Source of the DNA: Chamaesiphon sp.
GTDB taxonomy: Bacteria > Cyanobacteriota > Cyanobacteriia > Cyanobacteriales > Chamaesiphonaceae
Direction of reading: 5' to 3'
DNA: 64,000 bases
Assembly: GCA_965246715.1 (NCBI GenBank)
Contig: CBDFFH010000053.1
Location: 1 to 64,000, forward strand
How positions within the stretch are numbered: position 1 is the first letter of the stretch; each line of letters opens with the position of its first letter. The notes beneath the pieces were generated by a model that had not been told where the DNA came from, did no database searches, and was given only the letters and a program-made list of their open reading frames with translations. The translations under genes were made by a program, and so were the position numbers. Below are positions 9,961-19,758 of the stretch, piece by piece.

Positions 9961-11805
9961 TTACAAATAATACCTGACTGTCGTAATTACCCGACTGCGC
10001 TTGCCCAGCAGAGCTGCTTTGAGAAATAATGTAGTTTGGTTGTGCAACAAACCTTCCCACCAATTTCGGGTCACAAAAGCTGGGATGATCACCGTAGATA
10101 GGACATCGGGATGCTCCTTCTCATAACTCGAAATATAATCGACGATCGGTTCGACTAGCGATCGATACTGCGAATCGAGAATTACCAGTTGGATATCTGA
10201 TTCTAACTCTTCCCACCGCGTGCGGAGTTTCTCGCGATCGGTACTGCCGATATCGACATGCACCGCGATAATCTCATCAGCAATACTTCGCGCATAGTCT
10301 AATGCTTCTACAGTCCCGCGATTGAGACTGCCCATAATGACGATCGCTGGGTGCGTAACAGTTTCCGTCCGTAGGCGCGGGATATAGCCTCTGGGAGCCA
10401 GATCGTTAATGCTCAGCCGTTGTGCTACGTATTTGTAATGGCGATTGATACTGACAAAGATCCAGACCAACAGTGGAATCGCAGCCACAACCAACCAGGC
10501 ACCAGCGATAAATTTAGTCAGGACGATCACCGTCAAGACAACTAGCGTCGCCAACGCGCCAACCCCATTGATCAGCATACTAGCTTGCCATCCAGCAGTT
10601 TTTAACCCCCACCATCGGACGACCATTCCCCATTGAGAGAGGGTAAACGATGTAAATACTCCCACCGCATATAGCGGAATAATCGCGCTAACTTGACCTT
10701 TGAAAATAACGACCAAAATCGCGGCAGCAACACTCAAAAAGATGATGCCATTGGAATATACCAATCGATCGCCCAAAATTGATAATTGTCTAGGCAGAAA
10801 ACCATCCCTCGCCAAAAAGTAGCATAATCGGGGGAAATCGGCGTAAGCGGTATTCGCTGCCAATAATAAAATCAACAGCGTCGAAATTTGCAGGAAGTAA
10901 TAGGGAATGCTCCCATCGCCGAAAACTTGGCGAGCCAGATGCGATACTGCTGTCTCACTCTCACCTGGAACTACAACCAAATGATAGGCATTCGCTAAAT
11001 AAGTAATCCCCACAAACATCGCGCCCAAAATTACACCCAGATAAATTAGGGTCAATCGGGCATTTTTCCATTCTGGCGGCTTGAATGCTAACACCCCATC
11101 CGAAATCGCCTCTACCCCCGTCAAGGCCGAACATCCCGCCGAAAAAGCTCTAAGTAGAAAGAATAGAGTTAGCGGCTCCTTAGCAGGGATATCGACAACG
11201 GTGTGCGCGACAACATTGCCACTCATCTGTTGATACAGTCCTACCCCTACCAGTAGAAAAATGCCAACAATAAATGCATAGGTAGGAATCATGAATAAAT
11301 TGCCTGACTCCTTCACGCCACGCAAATTTACCAGCATGATTAAAAACATGAAGAACAGACATAGCAACACCGTGTGCTCCTTCACTGCGGGGATCGCCGA
11401 AGTAAGTGCTGCCGTACCTGCTGAGATACTTACAGTCACCGTCAGGATATAGTCGATCATCAGGGAGCCACCAGCAATCAATCCAGGCAACAATCCCAGA
11501 TTTTCTCGCGCCACAATGTACGAACCCCCACCATTTGGGTAGGCTTTAATCGTTTGACTATATGACAAAATTACAATCCCCAGCAACAGCATGATGACAG
11601 CGGCAATGGGGATTGAATAACTCAGCGCGGTACTACCCGCAGCGACTAAAACCAAGAGAATTTCTTCGGTAGCATAAGCCACGGAGGAGAGCGCATCGGA
11701 AGACAGAACTGCTAAAGCAGCAGCATTACTAAGTCGTTCTTCCGCATGGGCACTAGTGGGTAATGATTTACCAACTAGCAACCGCTTAAGTCCTGATAAT
11801 GACAT
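9961..11805 (-). CDS. APC-family permease, YdaO/KimA-like
   Basis: SSDALSSVAYATEEIL, GGGSYIVARENLG, ALTGVEAISDGV, C-terminal cytosolic domain with LHNQT. Confidence 0.85.
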   Translation of the reverse strand: MSLSGLKRLLVGKSLPTSAHAEERLSNAAALAVLSSDALSSVAYATEEILLVLVAAGSTALSYSIPIAAVIMLLLGIVILSYSQTIKAYPNGGGSYIVARENLGLLPGLIAGGSLMIDYILTVTVSISAGTAALTSAIPAVKEHTVLLCLFFMFLIMLVNLRGVKESGNLFMIPTYAFIVGIFLLVGVGLYQQMSGNVVAHTVVDIPAKEPLTLFFLLRAFSAGCSALTGVEAISDGVLAFKPPEWKNARLTLIYLGVILGAMFVGITYLANAYHLVVVPGESETAVSHLARQVFGDGSIPYYFLQISTLLILLLAANTAYADFPRLCYFLARDGFLPRQLSILGDRLVYSNGIIFLSVAAAILVVIFKGQVSAIIPLYAVGVFTSFTLSQWGMVVRWWGLKTAGWQASMLINGVGALATLVVLTVIVLTKFIAGAWLVVAAIPLLVWIFVSINRHYKYVAQRLSINDLAPRGYIPRLRTETVTHPAIVIMGSLNRGTVEALDYARSIADEIIAVHVDIGSTDREKLRTRWEELESDIQLVILDSQYRSLVEPIVDYISSYEKEHPDVLSTVIIPAFVTRNWWEGLLHNQTTLFLKAALLGKRSRVITTVRYYL

Positions 11806-12010
11806 ATGGTTAAACTAATAGAGAGTAGTGAAAATAGTGGCTAGTGGTTGGTTGTTGAGTCATATAATGTCTCTCCCACACCGCAGATAATTTTTAGTTA
11901 ACGTAATGACTAAAATCCTACATCCTCCTTTATGAATAGACTGCACTAGTATTCATCAACTGATTATTGTCCCATGTTGGCAGCACAAATCGATCGATTG
12001 CAATATATAC

Positions 12011-12445
12011 ATGGAAACTAACTCGAATATCTGGTGGATTTATGCCTTACTCTCAGCTTTTTTTGCCGCATTGACCACAATTTTTGCTAAAATCGGAGTC
12101 CAAAATATCGATGCTAATTTAGCTACGGCGGTACGAACTATCGTCATCGTGGTTATTGCCTGGGGATTGGTATTTGCTGAAGGCAATCTCAGTCAATTAA
12201 CGACAATTTCTGGGCGGACGCTGGCATTTTTGATAATCTCTGGGGTGGCAACTGGTTTATCTTGGTTATTTTACTTCAAAGCATTGCAGGTGGGCAAAGC
12301 CTCTCAGGTAGCACCGATCGATAAGTCTAGTGTAGTTTTAGTCATTTTATTTTCGGCACTGTTCCTCCATGAGCCACTCACGCTCAAGGTAATTCTCGGC
12401 GGGTTGTTGATTTCGATCGGGACTTTAGTATTGGTGTTGGGATGA
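12011..12445 (+). CDS. EamA/DMT-family membrane transporter
   Basis: ALLSAFFAALTTIFAKIG, SWLFYFKALQ, APIDKSS. Confidence 0.9.
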   Translation: METNSNIWWIYALLSAFFAALTTIFAKIGVQNIDANLATAVRTIVIVVIAWGLVFAEGNLSQLTTISGRTLAFLIISGVATGLSWLFYFKALQVGKASQVAPIDKSSVVLVILFSALFLHEPLTLKVILGGLLISIGTLVLVLG

Positions 12446-12464
12446 TTGACCGCCCCTAGCCCCG

Positions 12465-12582
12465 ACCCACCCCGCTCTGTCGGGCACCCCTCCAAGGAGG
12501 GGAATAAGAATAAGTAGACAAGGATCGTAGTCTGGATTTCAGTAAATCGTAGGGTGGGCACTGCCCACCGTCTGGATTTCAG
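12465..12582. repeat. Composite REP-like element
   Basis: acccacccc...gggcacccctccaaggagggga module (related to 47127-47306), plus gtag-ggtgggca/tgcccacc hairpin bracketed by the 13-bp direct repeat gtctggatttcag (12530, 12570). Confidence 0.7.
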
Positions 12583-12681
12583 GTTAAATCTAGATAATCT
12601 CGATCGATTTATTATGCTCGATCGACTCAGCCACCAGATCGTCGATAGTAGAGTTACCGAATATACATAATCCAAAATCAA

Positions 12682-13452
12682 TTGACAACCTACACCGCAA
12701 CCACCCAATCTTTTAGCTATCAACCTCCAGCATCGGCAGTTAACGCGCAACACATCCTCGTCAAACCCAATCTGGGTTATCCGGTTGCGCCGCCCGTAAC
12801 TGTTAGTATGGGCATACTGTCAAAGATATTGCAAGCACTCCGGCAGGCTAGCCCAAATGCCAGAATTTCGATCGTCGAGGGGGTATGTTCTCCCGTCAGT
12901 CTCCACGATATTGCTAGCAAAAATGGGCTGTATGCCCTGCTAGATGACGGCATGGAACTTGTGGATGCGGATACTTTACCGCTTGTTGAATATCCAAATT
13001 TATCGCCACATCCGATTAGATTTCCCACAATGTGGGCACCTGCATTGCTCCAGGAGGTAGATTGTCGGATTACGGTTGGGGCTTTCAAGCAGACGATTAT
13101 AAAAGATACGCCCCTAATTTCGGCATCGCTCAAAAATCTCTATGGACTGTTTCCGCGATCGAAATATCACGCTCGCAGTCTCAATTCACGCGGACAACTC
13201 CATCGCCCGTCGGTACCGTTAGTCCTCCAAGATGTCTATTTCTGCATCGGACATCTGTTTGATGGTGCGGTGGTAGATGCCGATTTGCGCTTTGTCAGTC
13301 GCGATTGGAAGCCAGATAAAGGTGAGACAATCCCGTTTGGTAAAATCTTCGCAGGTAGCGATCCGGTTGCAGTCGATCGATCTGCTTGTATCGCAGCAGG
13401 TGAAACAATTTCAAGCTATTTAGCTGCGATTGAGAAGTTGCGGTCGCAGTAA
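12682..13452 (+). CDS. DUF362 domain protein
   Basis: ILVKPNL, SASLKNLYG, GSDPVAVD. Confidence 0.8.
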   Translation: MTTYTATTQSFSYQPPASAVNAQHILVKPNLGYPVAPPVTVSMGILSKILQALRQASPNARISIVEGVCSPVSLHDIASKNGLYALLDDGMELVDADTLPLVEYPNLSPHPIRFPTMWAPALLQEVDCRITVGAFKQTIIKDTPLISASLKNLYGLFPRSKYHARSLNSRGQLHRPSVPLVLQDVYFCIGHLFDGAVVDADLRFVSRDWKPDKGETIPFGKIFAGSDPVAVDRSACIAAGETISSYLAAIEKLRSQ

Positions 13453-13509
13453 GTTCGCTCTAAATTTTTGGGTATCTTAAGATGATGCTGAGAGCGGGGA
13501 GGATCGATC

Positions 13510-14172
13510 GTGACTGAAGAAGAATTAGAACAAATAATTGAGAAGGCGAGGAGCAATCGATTCTCAAGGTTGTGTTTGGTTAATTGTCAACTCTCTAGCC
13601 TACCAGAAAGCATTGGAAATCTTTCTAATCTAATTGAATTAGATCTGACCAATAATCAGCTTACTAGTCTCCCAAAGTGGATTGGCAATATGTCCAACCT
13701 AATTTACTTAAATCTGAACGGAAATCCTCTCAGAGATTTATCTACATTACAGCCGCTGACAGAACTATATGATGATAGTGTTGAATTTATTGATATATAT
13801 CTACGACGTAAATATTGGACTAAATTTAGTGATTGGAAATCTGAATGGTTACTAGAAGAGGATAACGTAGAAATTAGACGAATGCTAATTCAAGAGGTTG
13901 GGTATCCAAAAATTTGTCGCGAATTAAACGCAATAGAACTCGATCGTTGGAGAGAATATACTCTACTTGAAATTGCTAATATCGAACGATTATATCAGTC
14001 GGAAGGAGATGATACAGAAATCTTAGAATCAATAGTATTGCTCAAGATGATTTGTCCATCGACGGGACATATTCATATTTTGCGCGTACCGCCAGAAATA
14101 AATAATGCTGAAGCAGCGATTACTTGGGTAAATCATGGCATTCATCCTGATGAATTTGCCATGCAGACTTGA
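13510..14172 (+). CDS. Leucine-rich repeat protein with DUF6745-like C-terminal domain
   Basis: LPESIGNLSNL repeats; WLLEEDNVEIRR, LKMICPSTGHIHILRVPP, AITWVNHGIHP. Confidence 0.8.
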   Translation: MTEEELEQIIEKARSNRFSRLCLVNCQLSSLPESIGNLSNLIELDLTNNQLTSLPKWIGNMSNLIYLNLNGNPLRDLSTLQPLTELYDDSVEFIDIYLRRKYWTKFSDWKSEWLLEEDNVEIRRMLIQEVGYPKICRELNAIELDRWREYTLLEIANIERLYQSEGDDTEILESIVLLKMICPSTGHIHILRVPPEINNAEAAITWVNHGIHPDEFAMQT

Positions 14173-14178
14173 GATGTA

Positions 14179-14217
14179 AAAATAGCCCCGACTTCTTTGA
14201 GAAGTCGGGGCTATTTT
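14179..14217. repeat. Palindromic repeat (ccccgacttct family), probable bidirectional terminator
   Basis: Perfect 18-bp arms between convergent genes; second copy at 42687-42719. Confidence 0.8.
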
Positions 14218-14243
14218 AGCGATCGCAAACTTAAAACTTCAAT

Positions 14244-15188
14244 CTAAGCAGCGTTTTTACGATACCAATCGATCGTGTTTTTTAAGCCTTGCTCGATATC
14301 GACATTTGCTTCAAATCCAAAGTACTCTTTAGCTTTTTGAGTATCGAGACAGCGGCGGGGTTGACCGTTGGGTTTGTCGGTTTGCCAGACGAGTTCGCCT
14401 TTGTAGTCCATGAGTTTGCAGATTAAAGTAATCAGATCCTTAATCGTAATCTCATAATTCGTACCGAGATTGACCGGGTCTTCGCGATCGTAATCTGTAG
14501 TTGCGATCGCGATGCCTCTAGCAGCATCATCAACATAGATAAACTCGCGACTGGGACTACCATCACCCCAAACTGGAATCTCTTTATCTCCAGCTACTTG
14601 AGCCTCATGTACCTTGCGAATCAGCGCGGGAATGACGTGCGAACTTTCGGGCTTGAAGTTATCGGCAGGGCCGTATAAATTGACAGGTAGGAGATAAATT
14701 CCATTAAATCCATACTGTTGGCGGTAGGATTGTAATTGCACCAAGAGGGCTTTTTTTGCAACACCGTAGGGCGCGTTTGTTTCTTCTGGATAACCGTTCC
14801 AGATATCTTCTTCTTTGAATGGTACTGGGGTAAATTTAGGATACGCACAAATCGTTCCCACGCAGACAAATTTACCCACTCCAGCCTGATAAGCGGCATG
14901 GATCAGTTGGGTACCCATCATCAGGTTATCGTAGAATAATTCAGCTGGTTTGACTTGATTGAGACCGATTCCGCCTACATGAGCGGCGAGGTGAACGATA
15001 ACATCTTGACCAGCAACTGCTTTGTGGCAGTTTTCTAGCACCCGCAGATCGCAATCTTGAGATCTAGGTACGGTAATATGTGCTGGATTGGCACCAAGGG
15101 CGCAGAGTTGGGCGATAACTTGTTGTCCGAGGAAGCCGGCACCGCCAGTTACGAGGATGCGTTTGGTCGAGAGGTCGAGTTTTGTCAT
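14244..15188 (-). CDS. fcl: GDP-L-fucose synthase
   Basis: TGGAGFLG, LAAHVGGIG, YGVAKK, PVNLYGP, KPNGQPRR; adjacent to gmd. Confidence 0.93.
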   Translation of the reverse strand: MTKLDLSTKRILVTGGAGFLGQQVIAQLCALGANPAHITVPRSQDCDLRVLENCHKAVAGQDVIVHLAAHVGGIGLNQVKPAELFYDNLMMGTQLIHAAYQAGVGKFVCVGTICAYPKFTPVPFKEEDIWNGYPEETNAPYGVAKKALLVQLQSYRQQYGFNGIYLLPVNLYGPADNFKPESSHVIPALIRKVHEAQVAGDKEIPVWGDGSPSREFIYVDDAARGIAIATTDYDREDPVNLGTNYEITIKDLITLICKLMDYKGELVWQTDKPNGQPRRCLDTQKAKEYFGFEANVDIEQGLKNTIDWYRKNAA

Positions 15189-15296
15189 ATATTGTTTTCA
15201 GGCGATTGTAGAGTATCGGCGATCGGTTGATTCCACCGCTTTGGATGAATCCCCGACCAGATGCCAGGATAACCGATCGCTGACAACCGATAATAG

Positions 15297-16376
15297 TTAA
15301 TCGTGCATGGTAGCTAATGCTTGACGGACGATGGCGATGTCGGGTAGCACTTCTGTACCAGCATAATTAGGCGATTTGAGTCCGAGTGCATGGAGATCGG
15401 TATCGACCATCAGGTGAACTAATTCAGTGAAGGTGACAGATGGTTTCCAGCCGAGTTTTTGTTGCGCTTTGGTCGGATCGCCAATCAGCAGTTCTACTTC
15501 CGCAGGACGGAGATAGCGTGCGTCGAATTCGACATAATCTTTCCAATTGAGATTGACATAATCGAAAGCGACTGTCAGAAACTCGTGAATGGCGTGAGTT
15601 TCGCCAGTTGCAATCACGTAATCATCGGGTTGCTCCTGTTGGAGCATCAACCACATGGCGACGACATAATCTTTGGCGTAGCCCCAATCGCGTTTTGATT
15701 CGAGGTTACCGAGATAGAGTTTTTCTTGTTGTTTTGCTACGATGCGGGCGATGGCGCGGGTGATTTTGCGGGTGACGAAGGTTTCACCACGACGCGGCGA
15801 CTCGTGATTGAATAAAATCCCGTTACAGCCGAAAATATTGTAGGATTCGCGGTAGTTAATGGTTTGCCAGTGTGCAAACAGTTTGCCGCAAGCATAGGGA
15901 CTGCGGGGATAGAAGGGAGTAGTTTCCGATTGGGGGACTTCTTGAACCAAGCCGTACATTTCCGACGAACCAGCTTGATAGTAGCGAACTTGGAGTTTGG
16001 TACGCAGTTCGTAATCGCGGATGGCTTCGAGTAGACGCAGCGCGCCCATGGCGACAGTATCGACGGTATACTCAGGTGCGTCGAAGCTGACGCGGACGTG
16101 GGATTGAGCGCCAAGGTTGTAGACTTCTTGGGGTTTGGTAAGTTCTAAGAGGCGGCGTAAGGTAACACCATCGGCTAAGTCGCCATAATGGAGGAAAAGT
16201 TTGGCCCCTGGCGTATGTGGATCTTGATACAGATGTTCGATGCGATCGGTATTAAATGTTGATGTCCGACGAATGATGCCGTGAACTTCATAACCTTTGG
16301 ACAAAAGTAATTCGGCTAGATAAGAGCCGTCTTGTCCTGTAATACCGGTGATTAGTGCGCGTTTTGTTTCTGTCAT
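15297..16376 (-). CDS. gmd: GDP-mannose 4,6-dehydratase
   Basis: [40 protein letters not shown]. Confidence 0.98.
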   Translation of the reverse strand: MTETKRALITGITGQDGSYLAELLLSKGYEVHGIIRRTSTFNTDRIEHLYQDPHTPGAKLFLHYGDLADGVTLRRLLELTKPQEVYNLGAQSHVRVSFDAPEYTVDTVAMGALRLLEAIRDYELRTKLQVRYYQAGSSEMYGLVQEVPQSETTPFYPRSPYACGKLFAHWQTINYRESYNIFGCNGILFNHESPRRGETFVTRKITRAIARIVAKQQEKLYLGNLESKRDWGYAKDYVVAMWLMLQQEQPDDYVIATGETHAIHEFLTVAFDYVNLNWKDYVEFDARYLRPAEVELLIGDPTKAQQKLGWKPSVTFTELVHLMVDTDLHALGLKSPNYAGTEVLPDIAIVRQALATMHD

Positions 16377-16760
16377 CGATCGATAATTATTAGCTAATCG
16401 GCTGTGTGATTCAATATCATTTTAGGGGACTAGGGTCAAAATCCAGATGCAATTTGAACTGGATTTTTCCCCAACCACTTTATTATTATGCCCCGTTATT
16501 TTTCAGCATCACCGTCAAATTGAAATTTTCAGTGGCGGAGCATTGTCTTGAGAAAATCTCGCTACGAAAATCCAATCCATCTGGTGGTGTGTGCTGGTAG
16601 ACATCGATGGCAATTAAGATTAAATGTTAAGCCAGAGCTACTATATTTCTAAACACGTTACGGTGTTTTAGGGGATCGCGATCGCCTAAATCGGATCGTT
16701 GGCTTATTCTATCCTCGATCCGATCGAGATCCCCAAATCCAACCAGAAATTACGACATTT

Positions 16761-17453
16761 CTAGTATGCCCCATTATTTTTTGTCATCACCGTCAGATGG
16801 ATAGTTTTAATTACGATCCGCAGATCTAACCAAAAATTTCGGCGTTTGACATAGTTAACATCGATCCTAATCCGCTGCGCATAGGGAATATCATTCCGCC
16901 CTGAAACCTGCCACAAGCCAGTTACACCAGGTCTGATCGTTAATACTCGATCGATTGCCAATCCATAACGTTCGATTTCCTCTGGAACTAGAGGACGAGG
17001 GCCGACTACGCTCATCTCACCTTTTAGCACGTTAATAAATTGGGGAAACTCGTCGAGATTGGTGATACGTAGGAACTTACCGATCTTCGTGATGCGCGGA
17101 TCTTCCTTGAGTTTAAAGTTTTCTGAAAATTCCTGTCGGAGATCTTCCGATTGGGCGATCATTTCATCTAATAAGCGATCGGCATCTGGTACCATCGTCC
17201 GAAATTTAATGCAGCCAAAACGTTTGTGGTTTTTGCCAACTCGCTCTTGGATATAGAAAATCGAACCAGATGAAGTACAAGCGATCGCAATTGCGATGGC
17301 AAGGCAGAGCGGTGCACAAACGATCGATACCGACAGCGAAAATACGATGTCGAACGCCCGTTTGGTATTGTCCCGAGATCTACTGCGGGCTAATCGCTGT
17401 CGGGCTAGCGACCTAATCGATGTTTTCGCAATAGGCTGATTGGTTGCGGTCAT
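16761..17453 (-). CDS. Priming phosphoglycosyl transferase (bacterial sugar transferase)
   Basis: KRAFDI, KFRTM, DPRIT, LDEFPQ, GEMSVVGPRP, PGVTGLWQV; GGAG RBS before ATG 17453. Confidence 0.92.
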   Translation of the reverse strand: MTATNQPIAKTSIRSLARQRLARSRSRDNTKRAFDIVFSLSVSIVCAPLCLAIAIAIACTSSGSIFYIQERVGKNHKRFGCIKFRTMVPDADRLLDEMIAQSEDLRQEFSENFKLKEDPRITKIGKFLRITNLDEFPQFINVLKGEMSVVGPRPLVPEEIERYGLAIDRVLTIRPGVTGLWQVSGRNDIPYAQRIRIDVNYVKRRNFWLDLRIVIKTIHLTVMTKNNGAY

Positions 17454-17547
17454 TTTACTCCTCAATTTCACTCTATCACCAATATTACCAACATTACATA
17501 GCGGAAGATCGCTCGTCGATCGGTAGTTACCGACATTTTAAAGCCAG

Positions 17548-18735
17548 CTAGAGTCGATCGGGGATAGTTGAAGTGCCAGATTGCCACCGATCGTAGTAGC
17601 GCTCGACTAAACTCAGATATCGCGATCGAAATACTGCAGTAGCGAAACTTTCAGCATGAGCGCGGATGCATTCGGCTTGAAACTGGCGCTCGTAAGTTTC
17701 AAAAGTGGCAATCGCCGCGAGGATTGCGGCGGTAGTCTGCTGGGGGAACAGAATACCAGTGCCACAGTCGGGATGAAGGCGAATATCCAGGACTGTTTCA
17801 GCAGCACCACCCGTGCCATAGGCAATTACAGGCGTACCACAGGCTTGGGCTTCTACCAACACGATACCAAAATCTTCGCAGGCTGCATAAACAAATGCTT
17901 TGGCGCGAGCTAGATAGTCTTGGACGACAGAATTAGATTGATATCCTAAAATTGTGACGTTAGATTTGGCAATTTGTTGCAATTGCTGTAACTCAGCTCC
18001 CGTACCGATGACTACCAAATTCTTGCCATTTTGATTGAATGCTTCGACGATCGGGGCTACTTGCTTATAGCTGACGAGACGGCAAACCGTCAAATAGAAG
18101 TCCTCTTTGTCAGCATGACAAGTAAATCTATCGATATTGACTGGTGGATATACCACCTCTGCCTGCCGTCGATAACAGCGCCAAATCCGCTGGGCAGTAA
18201 ACTTAGAATTGGCCATAAAATAGTCTACGCGATTGGCTGATAATACATCCCACTGGCGCAAGCGATGTAAGAGATAGCGGGTAAATCCTCCCACTAAACC
18301 CCGTCCGAGTCGGCTTTGATGTAAATAGTCAAAAGTTAGATCCCAGGCATAGCGCATCGGCGTATGGCAGTAGCATAGGTGCAACTGTTGGGGGGATGTT
18401 AAGACACCTTTAGCAACTGCATGTGAAGAGGATAAAATTAGATCGTACTTTCGCAAGTCTAATTGTTCGATCGCGATCGGCATTAACGCTAAATAGTTCT
18501 GGACGCTGCCATTGGATCCAGGCAAATACTGGAGAAAGGTAGTGCCGATTTGACGTTTGTATAAATAACTTTCGGGATTTGTCGATTCAAAATCGATCGT
18601 CGCATACAGATCTGCATCGACACATTCTAATATTTCTCTGACTACTAGTTCCGAACCCCCAGTCGCGCGCGGTGTCAACCATTCATGCACTAAGGCACAT
18701 TTAAGATTTGGAGGGAGTGTTACGGCTGAAGACAT
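17548..18735 (-). CDS. GT4-family glycosyltransferase
   Basis: ALVHEWL, YCHTPMRYAWD, EDFGIVLVEAQACG; start uncertain (18735 or 18768). Confidence 0.9.
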   Translation of the reverse strand: MSSAVTLPPNLKCALVHEWLTPRATGGSELVVREILECVDADLYATIDFESTNPESYLYKRQIGTTFLQYLPGSNGSVQNYLALMPIAIEQLDLRKYDLILSSSHAVAKGVLTSPQQLHLCYCHTPMRYAWDLTFDYLHQSRLGRGLVGGFTRYLLHRLRQWDVLSANRVDYFMANSKFTAQRIWRCYRRQAEVVYPPVNIDRFTCHADKEDFYLTVCRLVSYKQVAPIVEAFNQNGKNLVVIGTGAELQQLQQIAKSNVTILGYQSNSVVQDYLARAKAFVYAACEDFGIVLVEAQACGTPVIAYGTGGAAETVLDIRLHPDCGTGILFPQQTTAAILAAIATFETYERQFQAECIRAHAESFATAVFRSRYLSLVERYYDRWQSGTSTIPDRL

Positions 18736-18786
18736 CGAGCTAAGTCGGGGTTCGGGAATTAGATCCAACCTTAGCAGAGTTTGGGA

Positions 18787-19449
18787 TTAGGTCATTAATA
18801 TTTCCATCCAGTCTTTGAGTGCCAACGCACGCTCGAAATTTGGTTGGTTGAGATAAATTGCTTGGAGATTATTCAACATCCGGAATAAAAATTGTTTGTT
18901 TGAGACTGGCTGGAGCATTTCTGGGGGAATAAACGGCAGATCTTGCTGGTAGAGGCTCATTAATTTCTGCCGACAGTCTTCGACAAACAAAATTTCGCCG
19001 CGATTGAAGGCATCGACAAAGATGCCCGCATCTTGAAAATTAGGTCGAATGATAAAATGTCCGGGCATCCCAATTCCCACCATCGGGAAATCGATGCGTT
19101 TGGCTACTTCTAGATAGACTAATGCTAATGTAATGGGAATTCCCGTGCGCCGATCGAGAACATCATTAAGAAAACTATTACGGGGATTATAATAGTCACT
19201 TTCATTACCGTAAAACTCTAATTCTTCGTATAGATACCGATTGATGGTTTGAATGACTTTTAAGGGGTAACGATCGGTTGGTAATTTTACAGAGACTTCC
19301 TGTGCCATTTTATCTAACCGCTCGAGATATTTGGCGATATCTAGATCGGGATACTCAATCTGGGCGATATGTAATGCAGCTTTGGCAAGATCGATCTCGG
19401 CATCGGGTCGAGCGATTTCAGCTAAAAATAAGTCGCGGATATTATGCAT
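18787..19449 (-). CDS. SirB1-like / transglutaminase-like protein
   Basis: YYNPRNSFLNDVLDRRTGIPITL, GIGMPGHF. Confidence 0.88.
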   Translation of the reverse strand: MHNIRDLFLAEIARPDAEIDLAKAALHIAQIEYPDLDIAKYLERLDKMAQEVSVKLPTDRYPLKVIQTINRYLYEELEFYGNESDYYNPRNSFLNDVLDRRTGIPITLALVYLEVAKRIDFPMVGIGMPGHFIIRPNFQDAGIFVDAFNRGEILFVEDCRQKLMSLYQQDLPFIPPEMLQPVSNKQFLFRMLNNLQAIYLNQPNFERALALKDWMEILMT

Positions 19450-19758
19450 AGATTAATTCGGGAAATCGGGTTGAGCTATTCACATCTTGCATCAAAACAA
19501 AGTTATTAGTGACTAGTGACTAGTGGCTAGTAATCAGGAGTAAGTTTTGTGGTGATTTCACCAGTTTTTATGTACGGGGGCAAGATGTGAGGCTATTTAA
19601 TTCTAGTCGGGAGGCTAGATTTTACTGAGAGATTGTCAGATAGTTTCCAGTCATACTTGCGGAAACATATCTCCACAGCTACTAAATTAATGCTAATTCT
19701 CTGTGCATGACATTACCTTGAAATGTAGAGGATCGATCGAATTCAGCGATAGACTAGC

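Noticed and set aside
11806..12010. c-di-AMP (ydaO) riboswitch upstream of the KimA-like gene
   Set aside because: The region is AT-rich and I could not find the conserved G/C-rich motifs
19501..19535. Heptamer tandem repeats (also ~21425, ~27035, ~35935)
   Set aside because: Ordinary cyanobacterial STRR-like intergenic repeats
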